This document shows, one piece after another, positions 41,571 to 53,800 of a stretch of DNA of 64,000 bases. The notes beneath the pieces were generated by a model, which searched no databases, was not told where the DNA came from, and saw only the letters and a list, made by a program, of their open reading frames with translations. The position numbers were made by a program, and so were the translations under genes. Numbering within the stretch: the stretch's first letter is position 1; each line of letters begins with the position of its first letter. The stretch lies in NCBI GenBank assembly GCA_028023455.1, contig JAQFVV010000002.1, positions 5,208,001 through 5,272,000 on the forward strand. The letters run 5' to 3'. Origin of the DNA: Epiperipatus broadwayi. Lineage: Eukaryota; Animalia; Onychophora.

Positions 41571-41859
41571 ATATACAATGATGCAATGTAGATATCTGTT
41601 AATTTAGAAAGTAATCATAAAACAATGTTTATTTTTTAAAATTGTGATCAGATGATGTTTTATTATTTTAAAGAAAATAGAAACATCATAAAAAGCTATG
41701 AGATTCAAAACACATTTTGTTGATTTTGATATTTTCCAAATTATCTTTTCATTTAATAGATATTTGATCTATATAAGGTTATGAGTGTGAAAACACTAAT
41801 TTATATATACAATGATGCAATGTAGATATCTGTTAATTTAGAAAGTAATCATAAAACAA
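41571..41859 (+). repeat. Copy of 37468-37650 flanked by a perfect 55-bp direct repeat
   Basis: atatacaatgatgcaatgtagatatctgttaatttagaaagtaatcataaaacaa at 41571-41625 and 41805-41859. Confidence 0.92.
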
Positions 41860-42558
41860 GTGAACAGATGTTAGTGTCATCCATTATGATGCTATGGAAA
41901 TTGAATCAATTTTTATCCCATGTCAAGCTTATAAAATTATATTACTAGGTGAACACAAACTTTGTATACATTTTTCTGTTGTTAATATTTATATTTTATC
42001 ATTGAAAAGCAGGTAATATCCATTTTTTAAAGTGAAGACACATTCCGATGGTTTTGAAATGCTAAGAATTAATTTTCACTTACTTTTTGCTTTTATAATA
42101 AATTGTTGCTCCTCACAAATCCTCAACACAGGGTACTATTCTGGGCAAATACTGTTGCTTTTCACTCCATCATTTTGTCCATTTAACTATATACTTTTAA
42201 AATAAATAAAATAAAAAATCATGTAAAGAAATTTGGATATGCTTCTGTAGAATTTAAAACAAGAGAGTTTTTTTCTCTTCAGTTCTATTTATAACTTCTC
42301 TCACTTACATCATAGTAAATATAGTAATATCTTTTATTCACTCTTTAACTAATTCCAACCAGCATTCCATAAATAAAAATCTTATTATACCATAATGACA
42401 TAAAAAAAAATCCCAATTATTACATATAACAAACATTTACATTTTGAATAAAAAGTATATGGGATTTGAACTTAGATTTTCAAGCACCTTTCAACTATTC
42501 ACACTATCTCATACAACTGATACACATGACCACACACATGTAGAAAAGATAAACAACC

Positions 42559-42602
42559 ACCAATATACATATTTCATGCTAAACTAGCACTCATCAATTG
42601 GT
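42559..42602 (-). ncRNA. Hammerhead motif with C3U
   Basis: ACCAA UUGAUGA GUGCU AGUUU AGCAU GAAA UAUGUA UA UUGGU. Confidence 0.65.
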
Positions 42603-43020
42603 CCAGATTATCATCTCCCACACATATATTTAATCAGTGCTCAGTGGATCTTAAGATAGAAAATCTTCATACTTTAATGGACAGGCTTCAATCTACTCCA
42701 ACCTCCATCTTTTCAGCCATCAATATCATTGAAAATCTGATGATGGAAACCCAAATCCCATGCTGGTGCCAATATTATTGTCATGCCCATGTTGACCTCA
42801 AGTCACTCTGACCCCTCATGTATAGGACTGTATTCATTAAATACATAGAAGAGGGATGGGCAGAATACAAGCTTGATGTGTAAATATTCAAAAACCAGGC
42901 ACTCTGAACTTAATTGTAAGTATAGGGGATTTGTGAGATTTTCAAGCACCCTTCAACTATTCACACTATCTCATACAACTGATATACATGACCACACACA
43001 TGTAGAAAAGATAAACAATC

Positions 43021-43064
43021 ACCAATATACGTATTTCATGCTAAACCAGCACTCATCACTTGGT
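43021..43064 (-). ncRNA. Hammerhead motif with C3G
   Basis: ACCAA GUGAUGA GUGCU GGUUU AGCAU GAAA UACGUA UA UUGGU. Confidence 0.65.
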
Positions 43065-43365
43065 ACAGATTATCATCTCCCACACACATATATAATCAGT
43101 CCTCAGTTTATATTAAGATAGCAAATCTTCATACTTTAATGGACAGGCTTCACTCTACTCCAACCTTCACTTTTTCAGCCATCCATATCAATAATATTGT
43201 CATCAGCATGGGATTTGGGTTTTCATCATCAGATTTTCAATAATATGGATGGCTGAAAGGTGGAGATTGGAGTAGATTGAAGCCTGTCCATTAAAGTATG
43301 AAGATTTGCTATCTTAATATAAACTGAGCACTGATTATATATGTGTGTGGGAGATGATAATCTGA

Positions 43366-43413
43366 ACCAAATAATGAGTTCTGGTTTAGCATGATATATA
43401 TATATATATTGGT
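43366..43413 (+). ncRNA. Degenerate hammerhead motif
   Basis: ACCAA AUAAUGA GUUCU GGUUU AGCAU GAUA (UA)n UUGGU; core mutated and stem III expanded into a TA run. Confidence 0.5.
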
Positions 43414-43844
43414 GATTGTTTATCTTTCCTACATGTATGTGGTCATGTGTATCAGTTGTATGAGATAGTGTGAATAGTTGAAGGGTGCTTAAAAATCTGA
43501 ATTCATATCCCCTATACTTACAAATAAGTTCCAGGTTTGTGAAGAGTGCCTGGTTTTTAAATATTTACACATCCCGCTTGTATCCTGCCCATCCCTCTTC
43601 TATGTATTTAATGGATACAGACTTATATATGAGGGTCAGAGTGACTTGAGGTCAACATAGGCATGGCAATAATATTGGCATCAGCATGGGATTTGGGTTT
43701 TTATCATCAGATTTTTAATGATATGGATGGCTGAAAATGTGGAGGTTGGAGTAGATTGAAGCCTGTCCATTAAATTATAAAGATTTGCTATCTTAATATA
43801 AACTGAGCACTGATTATATATATTTGTGGGAGATGGTAATCTGG

Positions 43845-43888
43845 ACCAACTGATGAGTGCTGGTTTAGCATGAAATACATATATTGGT
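43845..43888 (+). ncRNA. Type I hammerhead ribozyme, intact core
   Basis: ACCAA CUGAUGA GUGCU GGUUU AGCAU GAAA UACAUA UA UUGGU; predicted cleavage 43883/43884; extended stem I spans about 43828-43902. Confidence 0.85.
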
Positions 43889-44312
43889 GATTATTTATCT
43901 TTTCTACATATGTGTAGTCATGTGTATCAGTTGTTGAGATAGTGTGAATAGTTGAAGGGTGCTTGAAAATCTGAGTTAAAATCCCCTATACTTACAATTA
44001 AGCTCCAGGTTTGTGAAGAATGCCTGCTTTTTTAAATATTTACACATCCTGCCCATCCCTCTTCTATGTATTTAATGGATACAGTCCTATACATGAGAGG
44101 TCAGAGTGACTTGAGGTCAACATGGGAATGGCAATAATATTGGCATCAGCATGAGATTTGGTTTTCATCATCAGATTTTCAATGATATAGATGGCTGAAA
44201 AGGTGGAGGTTGGAGTGGATTGAAGCCTGTCCATTAAAGTATGAAGATTTGCTATCTTAATATAAACTGAGCACTGATTATATATGTACATATGTGGGAG
44301 ATGATAATCTGG

Positions 44313-44355
44313 ACCAACTTATGAGTGCTGGTTTACCATGAAAGTATATATTGGT
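44313..44355 (+). ncRNA. Degenerate hammerhead motif (G5U)
   Basis: ACCAA CUUAUGA GUGCU GGUUU ACCAU GAAA GUAUA UA UUGGU. Confidence 0.55.
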
Positions 44356-44989
44356 GATTGTTTATATTTTCTATATGTGTGTGGCCATGTGTATCAATTG
44401 TATGAGATAGTGTGAATAGTTGAAGGGCGCTTGAAAATCTGAGTTCAAATCCTCTATACTTACAATTAAGCTCCAGGTTTGTGAAGAGTGCCTGGTTTTT
44501 AAATATTTTGAACACAAGTACAATTTTTTCATTATAATGCAAATTAAACAATTTATAATACATTCTCACTATACTACACTGGAAATATATTTTCACATAT
44601 ATATATATCTTTCCAGTATAATATTATACAAATAAAATAACAAATATATTTGAGACATTAGACATTTATTTGTATAGTTTATAATTTATTATTGAAAATT
44701 CAGTAACAAAAATAAATATAATAACAAAAGAATAATAATTTTATCCAAACATATGCGTTGTTATTGACATATCCATTTTAAAATGAATAAAGTCAATTCA
44801 CATTCTTGGACAATACAATTTATAATAAACAATTTTTATATCAAAATTATCATTGTCATAGCAACACAGTTCAATGCTTTATATCCACCATCAAATTACA
44901 CAAAGAAAAAAATCATGACTGACATTTTACCACATACTGAAACTCATCTCAAACTTGAGCAGGTACAAAATCTATCTTCTATTGGGAAG

Positions 44990-47250
44990 GATGCTTTTTT
45001 CTTTTTTTACTTTTTGTAATGACTGTTTTCTTGAGGATCTGTCAGGGAGGTGGTTGGTGATGAAGATGCATCAGTGCATTGGAACCCTGGGAGGTAAGAT
45101 GACCCTGCTGGCCACAGGAGAAGCACTGTGGTTTTAATCCACACATATATAGACACAACATTGCTTCCTGGTCAAGCAATTGCATAGAGATTAGATTAGG
45201 GTCAATATCTGGGTGCAATTAAATTTTGACTTCATGGCTGTTACTGGATATGAGTACAGGTGTGTCTTTGAGAATTAAATAATTAGAAGTTGGTGGCTTT
45301 CCCAAAAGGCTGCATCATCCACTGGCAAAATCGGTTTTTAACACTAGTAGTACAGTTAAAGCAATTTGGATTAACTGTTATTAATGCATAATTATCAAGT
45401 GTTTTAATCTTGTTTTGAAAGTGTTACTTTGAGCAACTTGATAAAACTGATATGCAATATATCTTGGATTTGAGCGATCAGCAATGTGACTGATTATATC
45501 CCACATTGCGTAAATGGTGATGTTGTCATAGAATAGTTTCTGGGGAAATTTGTAGAGAAACAGATTAGAATCAATGGTTGATAACACTAGAGATTGGGTG
45601 GATGTATTCATAGAGTAGTTTCTGGGGAAATTTGTAGCAGAATAGATTAGAATCAGTGGTTGCTAACACTAGAGATTGGGTGGACGGAATCTCTTGAAGG
45701 TTGTGATGGTACTTTTAAATCTATCATTTATTGTGGCTAATTGTTCTACAAAAATGTGACATTGCCTTTTGAGGGATTAAAATAGTGTCATTTTTTTGCT
45801 GTTAAATATTTGTAAATTGTTGCCAATGACATTTGCATATGTTTGTTTTTGATTTGACCTTTGAACTGAGGAGATGGTTATTGGAGCAATTGGAATATTA
45901 TAAATTTTGGCTGTTGGAGATTTTTGCATTGTTGCAACTGAAATTTGAACTTTGAACTAAAAGGATGTTGATTGGAACAATTAAAATGTCATCATCTTTG
46001 CTATTGGGGATTTGTACCTTGTTATTTTGGACTGAGAAGACGGTGACATTGTTGCTAAGAATTTTTGTAATATGATTGCTGGTGTTTTTTACTTTGACTT
46101 TGATAACTGGTGGTACTTGCAGGAAACACCTAGTCATATGATAGCTTTGACATCATATTGTCCTTAAAATACAATTAAATAAATCATTTTTTGTTAAAAG
46201 TTTAATGAAAAAATCAATACTAAATGAAAAAAAAATAGCAGACTGGAAACTAAAAACATTATATATAGGTGAGATTTTACCAGTTAGATTAGTCTTTTGA
46301 ATATTATAATGATAAAGAATCTGGAGATGGTTAATTTTGTTTCTTGCAAGAGAACTGGCTGCTGTGAGACCATTATTATTATCATCATCATTATTGTTGT
46401 TGTTATTTTGTTTCAAAAAGGAAATTTATTGACATAAAGAAATTATACATCAACTGCTATTTGAGTACATATGTTAACTGCCAGTCATTAAATCTCTATG
46501 AATGCATTAATTAATAACACTACATAGGTCAAGAGAAAAGTTACAATTTTTATAAGGGATGTCCTATTAGGTATTTATAGTTCAATGTGATATTTTGATT
46601 ACATAGATTTATGCATACTGCAGGTGTACATAAATTTAAATGAGAAGTTATACATTAGTTTAAATGTTTAGTATTCAATAATTATATATGTATACAGTGC
46701 AGAGAAACTTTTTCTTTTTTTAACAAAGATTTCTTGCATATTTGCTATGTTGCATTGACTTCATACAGATGTATCTTGGGTTTTTAAATTCAGTTCATTT
46801 ATGTTGTTGGTTTGTTTATCATTTTGTTATTAGATAAGTTTATATCTTTTCTATTGTTTAAAATTTGAAAGCTTGTTTTTGTTGCATTTGCATAAGTCCC
46901 TGTGGAGATTAAAGTTTTGGTTGTTATTGAAGGTTTTTTGGCAACATTCACTTGGTCACCTGACATGGTGGATGCTGTTTATTTATTTATTTTTTAATGA
47001 TGTTAATTTTTTTTTTTGCTGGGAATTTCCTGAAATGATTTGGATCTTCACATAAAAGCATCTTGACATTGTCCAATTTTGTTCATTGATTTGAAATTTC
47101 TGAGTTTAAACTTAGAATATTTGCTTTTGGGTTGCTTAATCATTAACTTGACAACAATCAATAGCAAGGTGAGTGGCCACTATGCTGTTTGGTTTTATCA
47201 TTGGAAAATTATTTATTAATGTTTCCATAATGTACTTTATTGTGCAATAA
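44990..47250 (-). mobile_element. Decayed L1/Tx1-like ORF1 (gag-like) region; 5' limit uncertain
   Basis: QPFGKA (RRM-like), then LYMCGLKPQ-CFSCGQQGHLTSQG (knuckle at 45084-45125, last Cys mutated). Upstream are low-complexity Q/S/K-rich repeats and a TYANA-type motif near 46900. Confidence 0.65.
45527..45690. repeat. Tandem duplication, 82-bp unit x2
   Basis: catagaatagtttctggggaaatttgtag...gagattgggtgga repeats at 45527 and 45609. Confidence 0.9.
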
Positions 47251-48959
47251 ATAGGTCACACAAATTTTTACAATGGTTTTGCCAGGGTTACAATGGCATG
47301 ACAGGTCTAACAAGCATGATATCAATTAGAAAAACTTACAATATTCATGAAATAGATCTACAAATGATACATTACAAAGTATATTTGTTACATATATAAT
47401 TACAGTACAATTAAAGGAAATAGGATTATATAGGAATATTTCACAGTGTGTAAATATTTATATTATTATTTATACATGATTTGTATTAATAATAATATTG
47501 ATGACATCATAGAAAACAAACAAGAGAGACATTAGATTAATATTGTACCGTATTTGTGGTACAACTAGCGTTGGCAATTAAAATTAAAATTATTAAATTT
47601 CTTAAAGGAAAAAATAGTATTTTTATAAATACAATTTGATTTATTTTGGACAATGTAAGTTATAATTTCTAGTTAAAAGAAAAAAAAAACGAGAGAATAA
47701 CTAAATTTTCCTTTTGATTCTTACCAAGAAAAGAATATAAATTCTTATTGTAAGACAATTCCCATTAATTAAAATTAAAAACACAGCATTCTCTCACTGT
47801 AATTAAAGATGGTCACCGAAGGTGGGAAAAAGATGGCTTTGGAAACAATAATGCAGTAACTTAGTCAAAGTTAAAAAAGTATAAACAAGATGTGCATGGT
47901 AGACTAAAAATTAGGGAGGGGTTATAAAAAGAAAAGACCTCGGGGAAAGTATATCTTCATTATTTCATACGGTACCTGGTGTTCTGTGTGACCTCTAAAA
48001 ACAATTTGCTATAAACTAATAATGTTTTTTTGAGGACATGAATAAAATGTGCCAAGCAGACCAAGCCATTATCCCATGCATGGATAGAAAAGAGTTTTGT
48101 TTGCTGATGCTTTCTTTCTTACTGGAGTCGGGATAATGCCGTAAGAGAAGCCATCACCTACCTGAATCATTAAACCAGGTCTACCTGCAAACTGTAATAC
48201 AATCATACAATGGGTCCCACTAAAGACAAACAAAACCATGCATGGTAATTATTGAAGTGCTATAACTGAACAGTTGAAACTTACCAGTAAGAAACTTTAT
48301 TACATGTATAAGAAGTGATCACATTCTTCAAGCTATAAGTAATATTAAGTGCTGTAATAAATTATATTACATAAAATCGAATCCCAATAACATTTACTTT
48401 TAATAATCACTTAAAATTTAATATTATATTTTATTCCTACCTTAGTATTAGAAATATTTAGTATAGTTGTGAATTAATAAAGTGTATGAATATAACTTAT
48501 TTTGTCATCTATATAAATTTATTATTAGCATATTAGTAGTTAAATTCTATTATTATATTTCCAAAGAAATTGCCAATGCCATATCATACCCTAAAACCCT
48601 CCCAAGGGTAGAAAATTATCATTTAATAGCGACAAATAATGATAGGAGGGGTGATCTGGCAGATTCGCATGTAAAATCCTGGTGCCTAACAAACAAATTA
48701 AAAACTCGTTTTTCTCTCACTATTAGTAAAAGTTAGTTATGTTAAGCGGGTCTATGTAACCTGGAAAAATAATTACTTTCACAAAAACACTTGACATATT
48801 CTAATAAATGAAATAGCAGTGCAGATTTAATTTGGTCAATGAATATGCATAATTTAAAGTGTATAGACCCTGAAAATACCAATAAATGGCACATTATATT
48901 ATATAAGGTTGATAGTTATTGTGGATTTCAACTGTATGAGAGGTTTTGGAGGTTTAGGA

Positions 48960-49560
48960 ATAAAGTGAGAGGGAGGATAAAGTCCATATATTCAGGATGA
49001 AAGTTTATTTATTTTGAGAGCTTGGCTGAAGTGATTGGAAGGCTTTCTTTGATGTATGTGGCATTGGCTTTGAAACAATTGAAATGGTATCATTTTTGCT
49101 GTTGGATATTTATAAATTGTTACTAGTAATATTTTCATATGTTTACTTGAGATTTGAACTTTGAACTGAGGACCTGGTGATAGAAGCAAATGGAATATTA
49201 TCATTATTGATGTTAGGGTTTTTTATATTGCTACAATTGGCATTTACATATGATTGCTTAAGATTTGAACTTTTAACTGAGAAGCTTTTGATTGGAGCAA
49301 CTGAAATGTTTACCATTTATACTTTGTTACTTATGATGTTTTCATCAGTTTTCTTGAGATTAGAACATTGAACTGATGAGCTGATGATATTGGTGCTAAG
49401 GATGTTAGCATGTGTTTGCTGGAGTTTTGTACTTTGAACTTGAGAACTGGTGCAATGGTTGGAAATATCTGGTCATGTGATGGCTTTGACACCATGTTGC
49501 TCTTGAAAACAACTTTGCAGAGCTTATTATTATAAAGCCACAAAAAGATAGAGCAAAGGC
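48960..49560 (-). mobile_element. Paralog of the ORF1 N-terminal repeat region at 45850-46150
   Basis: rc 49400-49495 (gtcaaagccatcacatgacc...ccagttctcaagttcaaagtacaaaactccagcaa) aligns to rc 46060-46150 (gtcaaagctatcatatgact...ccagttatcaaagtcaaagtaaaaaacaccagcaa); shared 'tttgaactttgaactgag' repeats. Confidence 0.6.
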
Positions 49561-49699
49561 TAGTCAATCTATTTGGCTTTCATTTGAATGTGTCACCAGA
49601 ATTTAAAATGTTCACCTCTGTGAACAAAACTGCGTAGCATCTTTGGATACAACAGAACTTTACTGGTCTGTTTTATGTACAGTGTCCATCCAAATTATC

Positions 49700-50810
49700 A
49701 AGCAGGCATTAGAACAAGTTGAATACAGTGCACAAAAATAGCATTTATCGTTGATTGCCTAACCTGAATACCCAATGACATCATTGCTTCTTTCAACAAC
49801 AGATATTATAAGATGGAGCCTATGGTTCTTCTCATAAGTAGGATTCAAAAAAATGATCTTACCTAAGTACCTTACATTGAACTTTGTATTATTGTACCTA
49901 TAATAGATTGATAACATTTTCATTTGCATTCTGGATTCTCTCATCACTCAAATCCAACAGGATCTCATGCTTGCTTCCTTATTAAAATGGACTTGGAAAA
50001 ATGAAAACAACTATAATGGTATCAAATTTCTTGATTTATACACTCAACAAGGCACAAGCTCATTCAACTACAAAATGTTTATCAAACCTCTCCATATATG
50101 CAGTTTCATACACCCAAAATCTGTTACACCAACAGCACACAAACTTGCAGGTCTTAGGCATTCTTATTTAGAAATTTTTATCTGTGTAAATGTGAGTCCA
50201 ACCATAAAATAATATTGCCACATACATAACTAACCTGCACAACATTGGATTTAAGTTTTCATCTGTCATTCAAACTATCAAGAACTTTTATTATAGAAAT
50301 GCTAACTTTTATTTTAAAATGTGACACCCATCCTCAACAGCCAATGATAAATCTTGACCATATCTTCATTACTTATCCAAAGTCATTAATTTGATTCATA
50401 AATTTATCACTCCAACCCACTGAATTGGACTCCACACTCCTCTCTCTTTGTACCAGATAACCAATAATTCAAAAGATAGATTATCATCAGATCTTCTTTC
50501 TGAAATTGTCTATAAAATCAAATGCCAATATTTTTTTGCCAATGTATTTATTATGATGAATCTCAGACCAATCTGTCTACCCAATTGATTTAGCCTAAAT
50601 ACATCTACAACCAGGCAAAAATACATTGAACACTAAATCTATTTTTTTCAAGCATTTTACTAATTCTGGCCATCTATTCAAGCTCACATGTTTCAATATT
50701 GTTTGCTTGGAATGCCATGAAGTCATGCTCAGAACATTTCCAAAGATAGTTCTGCCACCAATAGAAAATAATCCTACATTCCCTTTTTCAAAAGGTGGTT
50801 TTTTCTAATT
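49700..50810 (+). mobile_element. Decayed Penelope-like element (RT C-terminus plus GIY-YIG)
   Basis: IIASFNNRYYKM..PMGSS, IDNIF, ENNYNGIKFLDL...KP...IHPKS, IVYKIKC, YYDESQTNLSTQL, HFTNSGH: collinear PLE motifs. Confidence 0.8.
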
Positions 50811-53800
50811 AATTAATGCACTATGCAAATAATATGCTTATTTTTTTAGCTTTTAAACAGGCTCTTATTCCCCCACTTCTGTTACAAGCATTGCTATGTT
50901 TATGGCAATTACCTCTCAAAAGCATACTAAGCACTACAGTATATTTATTGTTAATAATGCTTTGCTCTTAATACAGTTTTTGTATTTATATATGTATTAT
51001 ATTCACGGAGATAAAGCATTCATAAATTTTACTCAATTTTTAATGAGAAATTAGTACAAAACAGAAAAAAAATGTTATCAGCATATTGCGAATCAGAAGC
51101 ACTATATATAGGTAAGACTTTTACACTATCAGATTTGAGTTCTGAAGATAAGGAAACTGGAGCCTAATATCTTGGTTTGTTACAAGTGAACTACTTGTTG
51201 CAGGACTATTATTATTATTATTATCATCATCATCAGTGTCATCATCATCACTATTATATTTATTTTGATTAATGTTTTTTTTTCATTTTCATTTTTAAAT
51301 GAATGTCTTTATAATCAATGGATATTTTGAAAACATTAGCATAAAAGTTTAATTTTATATATATATATTGTACCTAGCTGAAACTTCACTTGGTTCCAAT
51401 AGGTGACCAAGGTTATCTTGGCTTAACCTTTTGTTTGAAATTGCGGATTTAAAAAAAAAATGATAAAAATGGAAATTAACTTAGTTAATGACAGGAATAG
51501 GATAATCTTGTATTGATTGTAATAATTATTGTATATTATGGAATTATGTCTAAATATTTCAAGGGTATATGTGAGTTGGTTTGATAAGGAATGCTAGATA
51601 ATAATTTGAATTAAAAGAAATATCAGAAATGGTTGGGAATTGATAAATGGTATTAAATGTATTTTGGAATAACTACTGTGTAATTCATTTTAGTGTCTAA
51701 ATGATAATAATTAGATATTATAAATAAGTTGGAATAAATAATAGTAAATTTAAAAAAATAGTCTGTAAGTTTTTATTAAAACAATATAACAAACAGTATT
51801 TATTAGATGTAATTTAATATAGTTGTTTCATTTATAAAATTATTTTGAATTAAATATTCATTAATATTTGTATTGTTGTAGTTTTAAAAATAACTTTTAA
51901 ACAATTAATGTGCATTCATTTATAGATTGCATATATGTGTGAATATGTCTGTGCATGCAAAAATAACATAAATATAAAAATAAAGAAATAATTTATTTCT
52001 AATATTGATTTAGAAAAAATAAAGCAAATTAATGAATAAAGTTATTTAAAATGAAAAGTTGTAATTTTATTTAAATATTTTATTTTTAAAAGTAAAAGTA
52101 TGTTTGTAAAACAATTATTTAAAACCATCTTGCGGTGATGGAGGGCTAAAGTTTAAAAAGGTAATCTGTTTTCTGACATTTAAATTCCAGTTGAAACATA
52201 AGATTATAGTAAACAATGTTTGAAGGAAAGTTAGTGTCCCTTATTCTATCTACGTTTTATTTATTCATTTTTCTTTATTTAAAAATGAAAATATTATTAA
52301 AGCCTAAATTATTAATTATATATATGGCTAAACATGTTCTTGCAATAAATTATTATACCTGTAGGATACTCATTATATATTCTATTAAATTAAAAATGTA
52401 CGTGAGGAAGAAATTAAAAGACATTCAAAATTTTAAAATATTATCATGAAAATGCATCAGCATCTTCGTAAATTAGAAGTGACTTTAAATTTAATACTTC
52501 ATTATTGATACATGATATATACATGTAAATATGCTCTTAACAGAATAATGTTTATGAGGAAAATATGTATTTTAAAATAATAATTCTCATTTGTGCCCAG
52601 TAGTATGAAAAAGAAGTTATTTGGAAGTAATACTTTAAAAGAATTTATAAATATTAATGATAAACTCGTGTCTATCAAATATATAATATATTATTATATT
52701 TGTCATTACTTGTAAGTAATTTTATGATGGTTGATCTTAGTTCATAAACCGAGGATTGTCCTTAATTATAAACAAAGTCTACCTTTATGTTTAAAAGTAA
52801 AAGGAAATATGTTTAAAAAAATACATTTTGAAATATTAAAAAAATGATGTTTAAAAAAAAGAGCTCTATTTTAAAAAAATGCGTTTATCTAAAGGAGAAC
52901 AGTGAAAGTTAAATAAAGCTATACATTATAATTATTCTGCATTTGAACCCAAAATTATAGATATAAAAAAATGTACTCAGCTGAAGAATTCATTTTTCCA
53001 CTGCTGGCTTATGCTTATGCTATTTTATTATTTTAATATTTAAAATTATCTTTAAAAAAAGTGAAAGTGTTTATTTAAAGAACTATTGAACATTTTTGTC
53101 TTGGAAATCATTGCCATGTTTATAAATATTTTGACTGAAGCTTCGAATTCGGATAGATAACTTAACCTGAATAAATTATCTACATATTTTTAAACGGAAA
53201 AACCATTATGGAGCTGAAATATGAACTTAAGTTAATGTGTTATTTTTTATTTTTATTGTCTGTTTTATTGGTTTTAAAAAAAAATGAAACCATAAAAATA
53301 TTTATGCTATATATTTTGTATAACACTTTTTGCATAAATATACAGGTAAACTAGGGTTATAATTTTAAAACTTAATGGGTTTATTTGAATGGGCAAATAT
53401 TTTGCCATTCTCACGTCAATTTTGTTTTATTTGTTAAGCATTTCACAAGTTAGTTTATATTTAATAATTTATTTATAGAGAAGTAAATATCACAGTCTTA
53501 GCTTATTATTTATAGGTGGAATGTTTCACTCAGTTTTATTTTAAATTTACCAAAGAAGTTTATCAGAGAGTATTCATTCATTTGTTTTATGAATGTTATA
53601 TTAATAATAACTACAAATATTTTTTATATATACATCGAGAAATAAATATTCTCGCATTTGATTTGCATTTTTTTTTAAAAGTCCACTATTCATTATATTT
53701 TAGTATTGAATATTTTATTATGTGTGCATTGTGCCTTGCCTATAATTTTATATGCATTTAATTTTAAAGTATTTTTCATAGTAGTCACCTGACAGTGTGT

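Larger units (their letters stand above)
42452..44515. mobile_element. HHR repeat family, locus 3 (five HHR motifs; periods 462-479 bp)
   Basis: About 1.6 minus-strand units (42452-43190), inversion junction at 43190/43191, then about 2.8 plus-strand units to ~44515. Confidence 0.92.

Noticed and set aside
44900-44960. Plus-strand DILPHTETHL resembling an APE 'DI...ETHL' motif
   Set aside because: Opposite strand to the adjacent ORF1 and no further APE motifs; may be chance.
51070-51170. AYCESEALYIGKTFTLSD... resembling a GIY-YIG YIG motif, or an exon with a 21-nt intron
   Set aside because: Too short, no other endonuclease motifs in frame, and the intron would be implausibly small.
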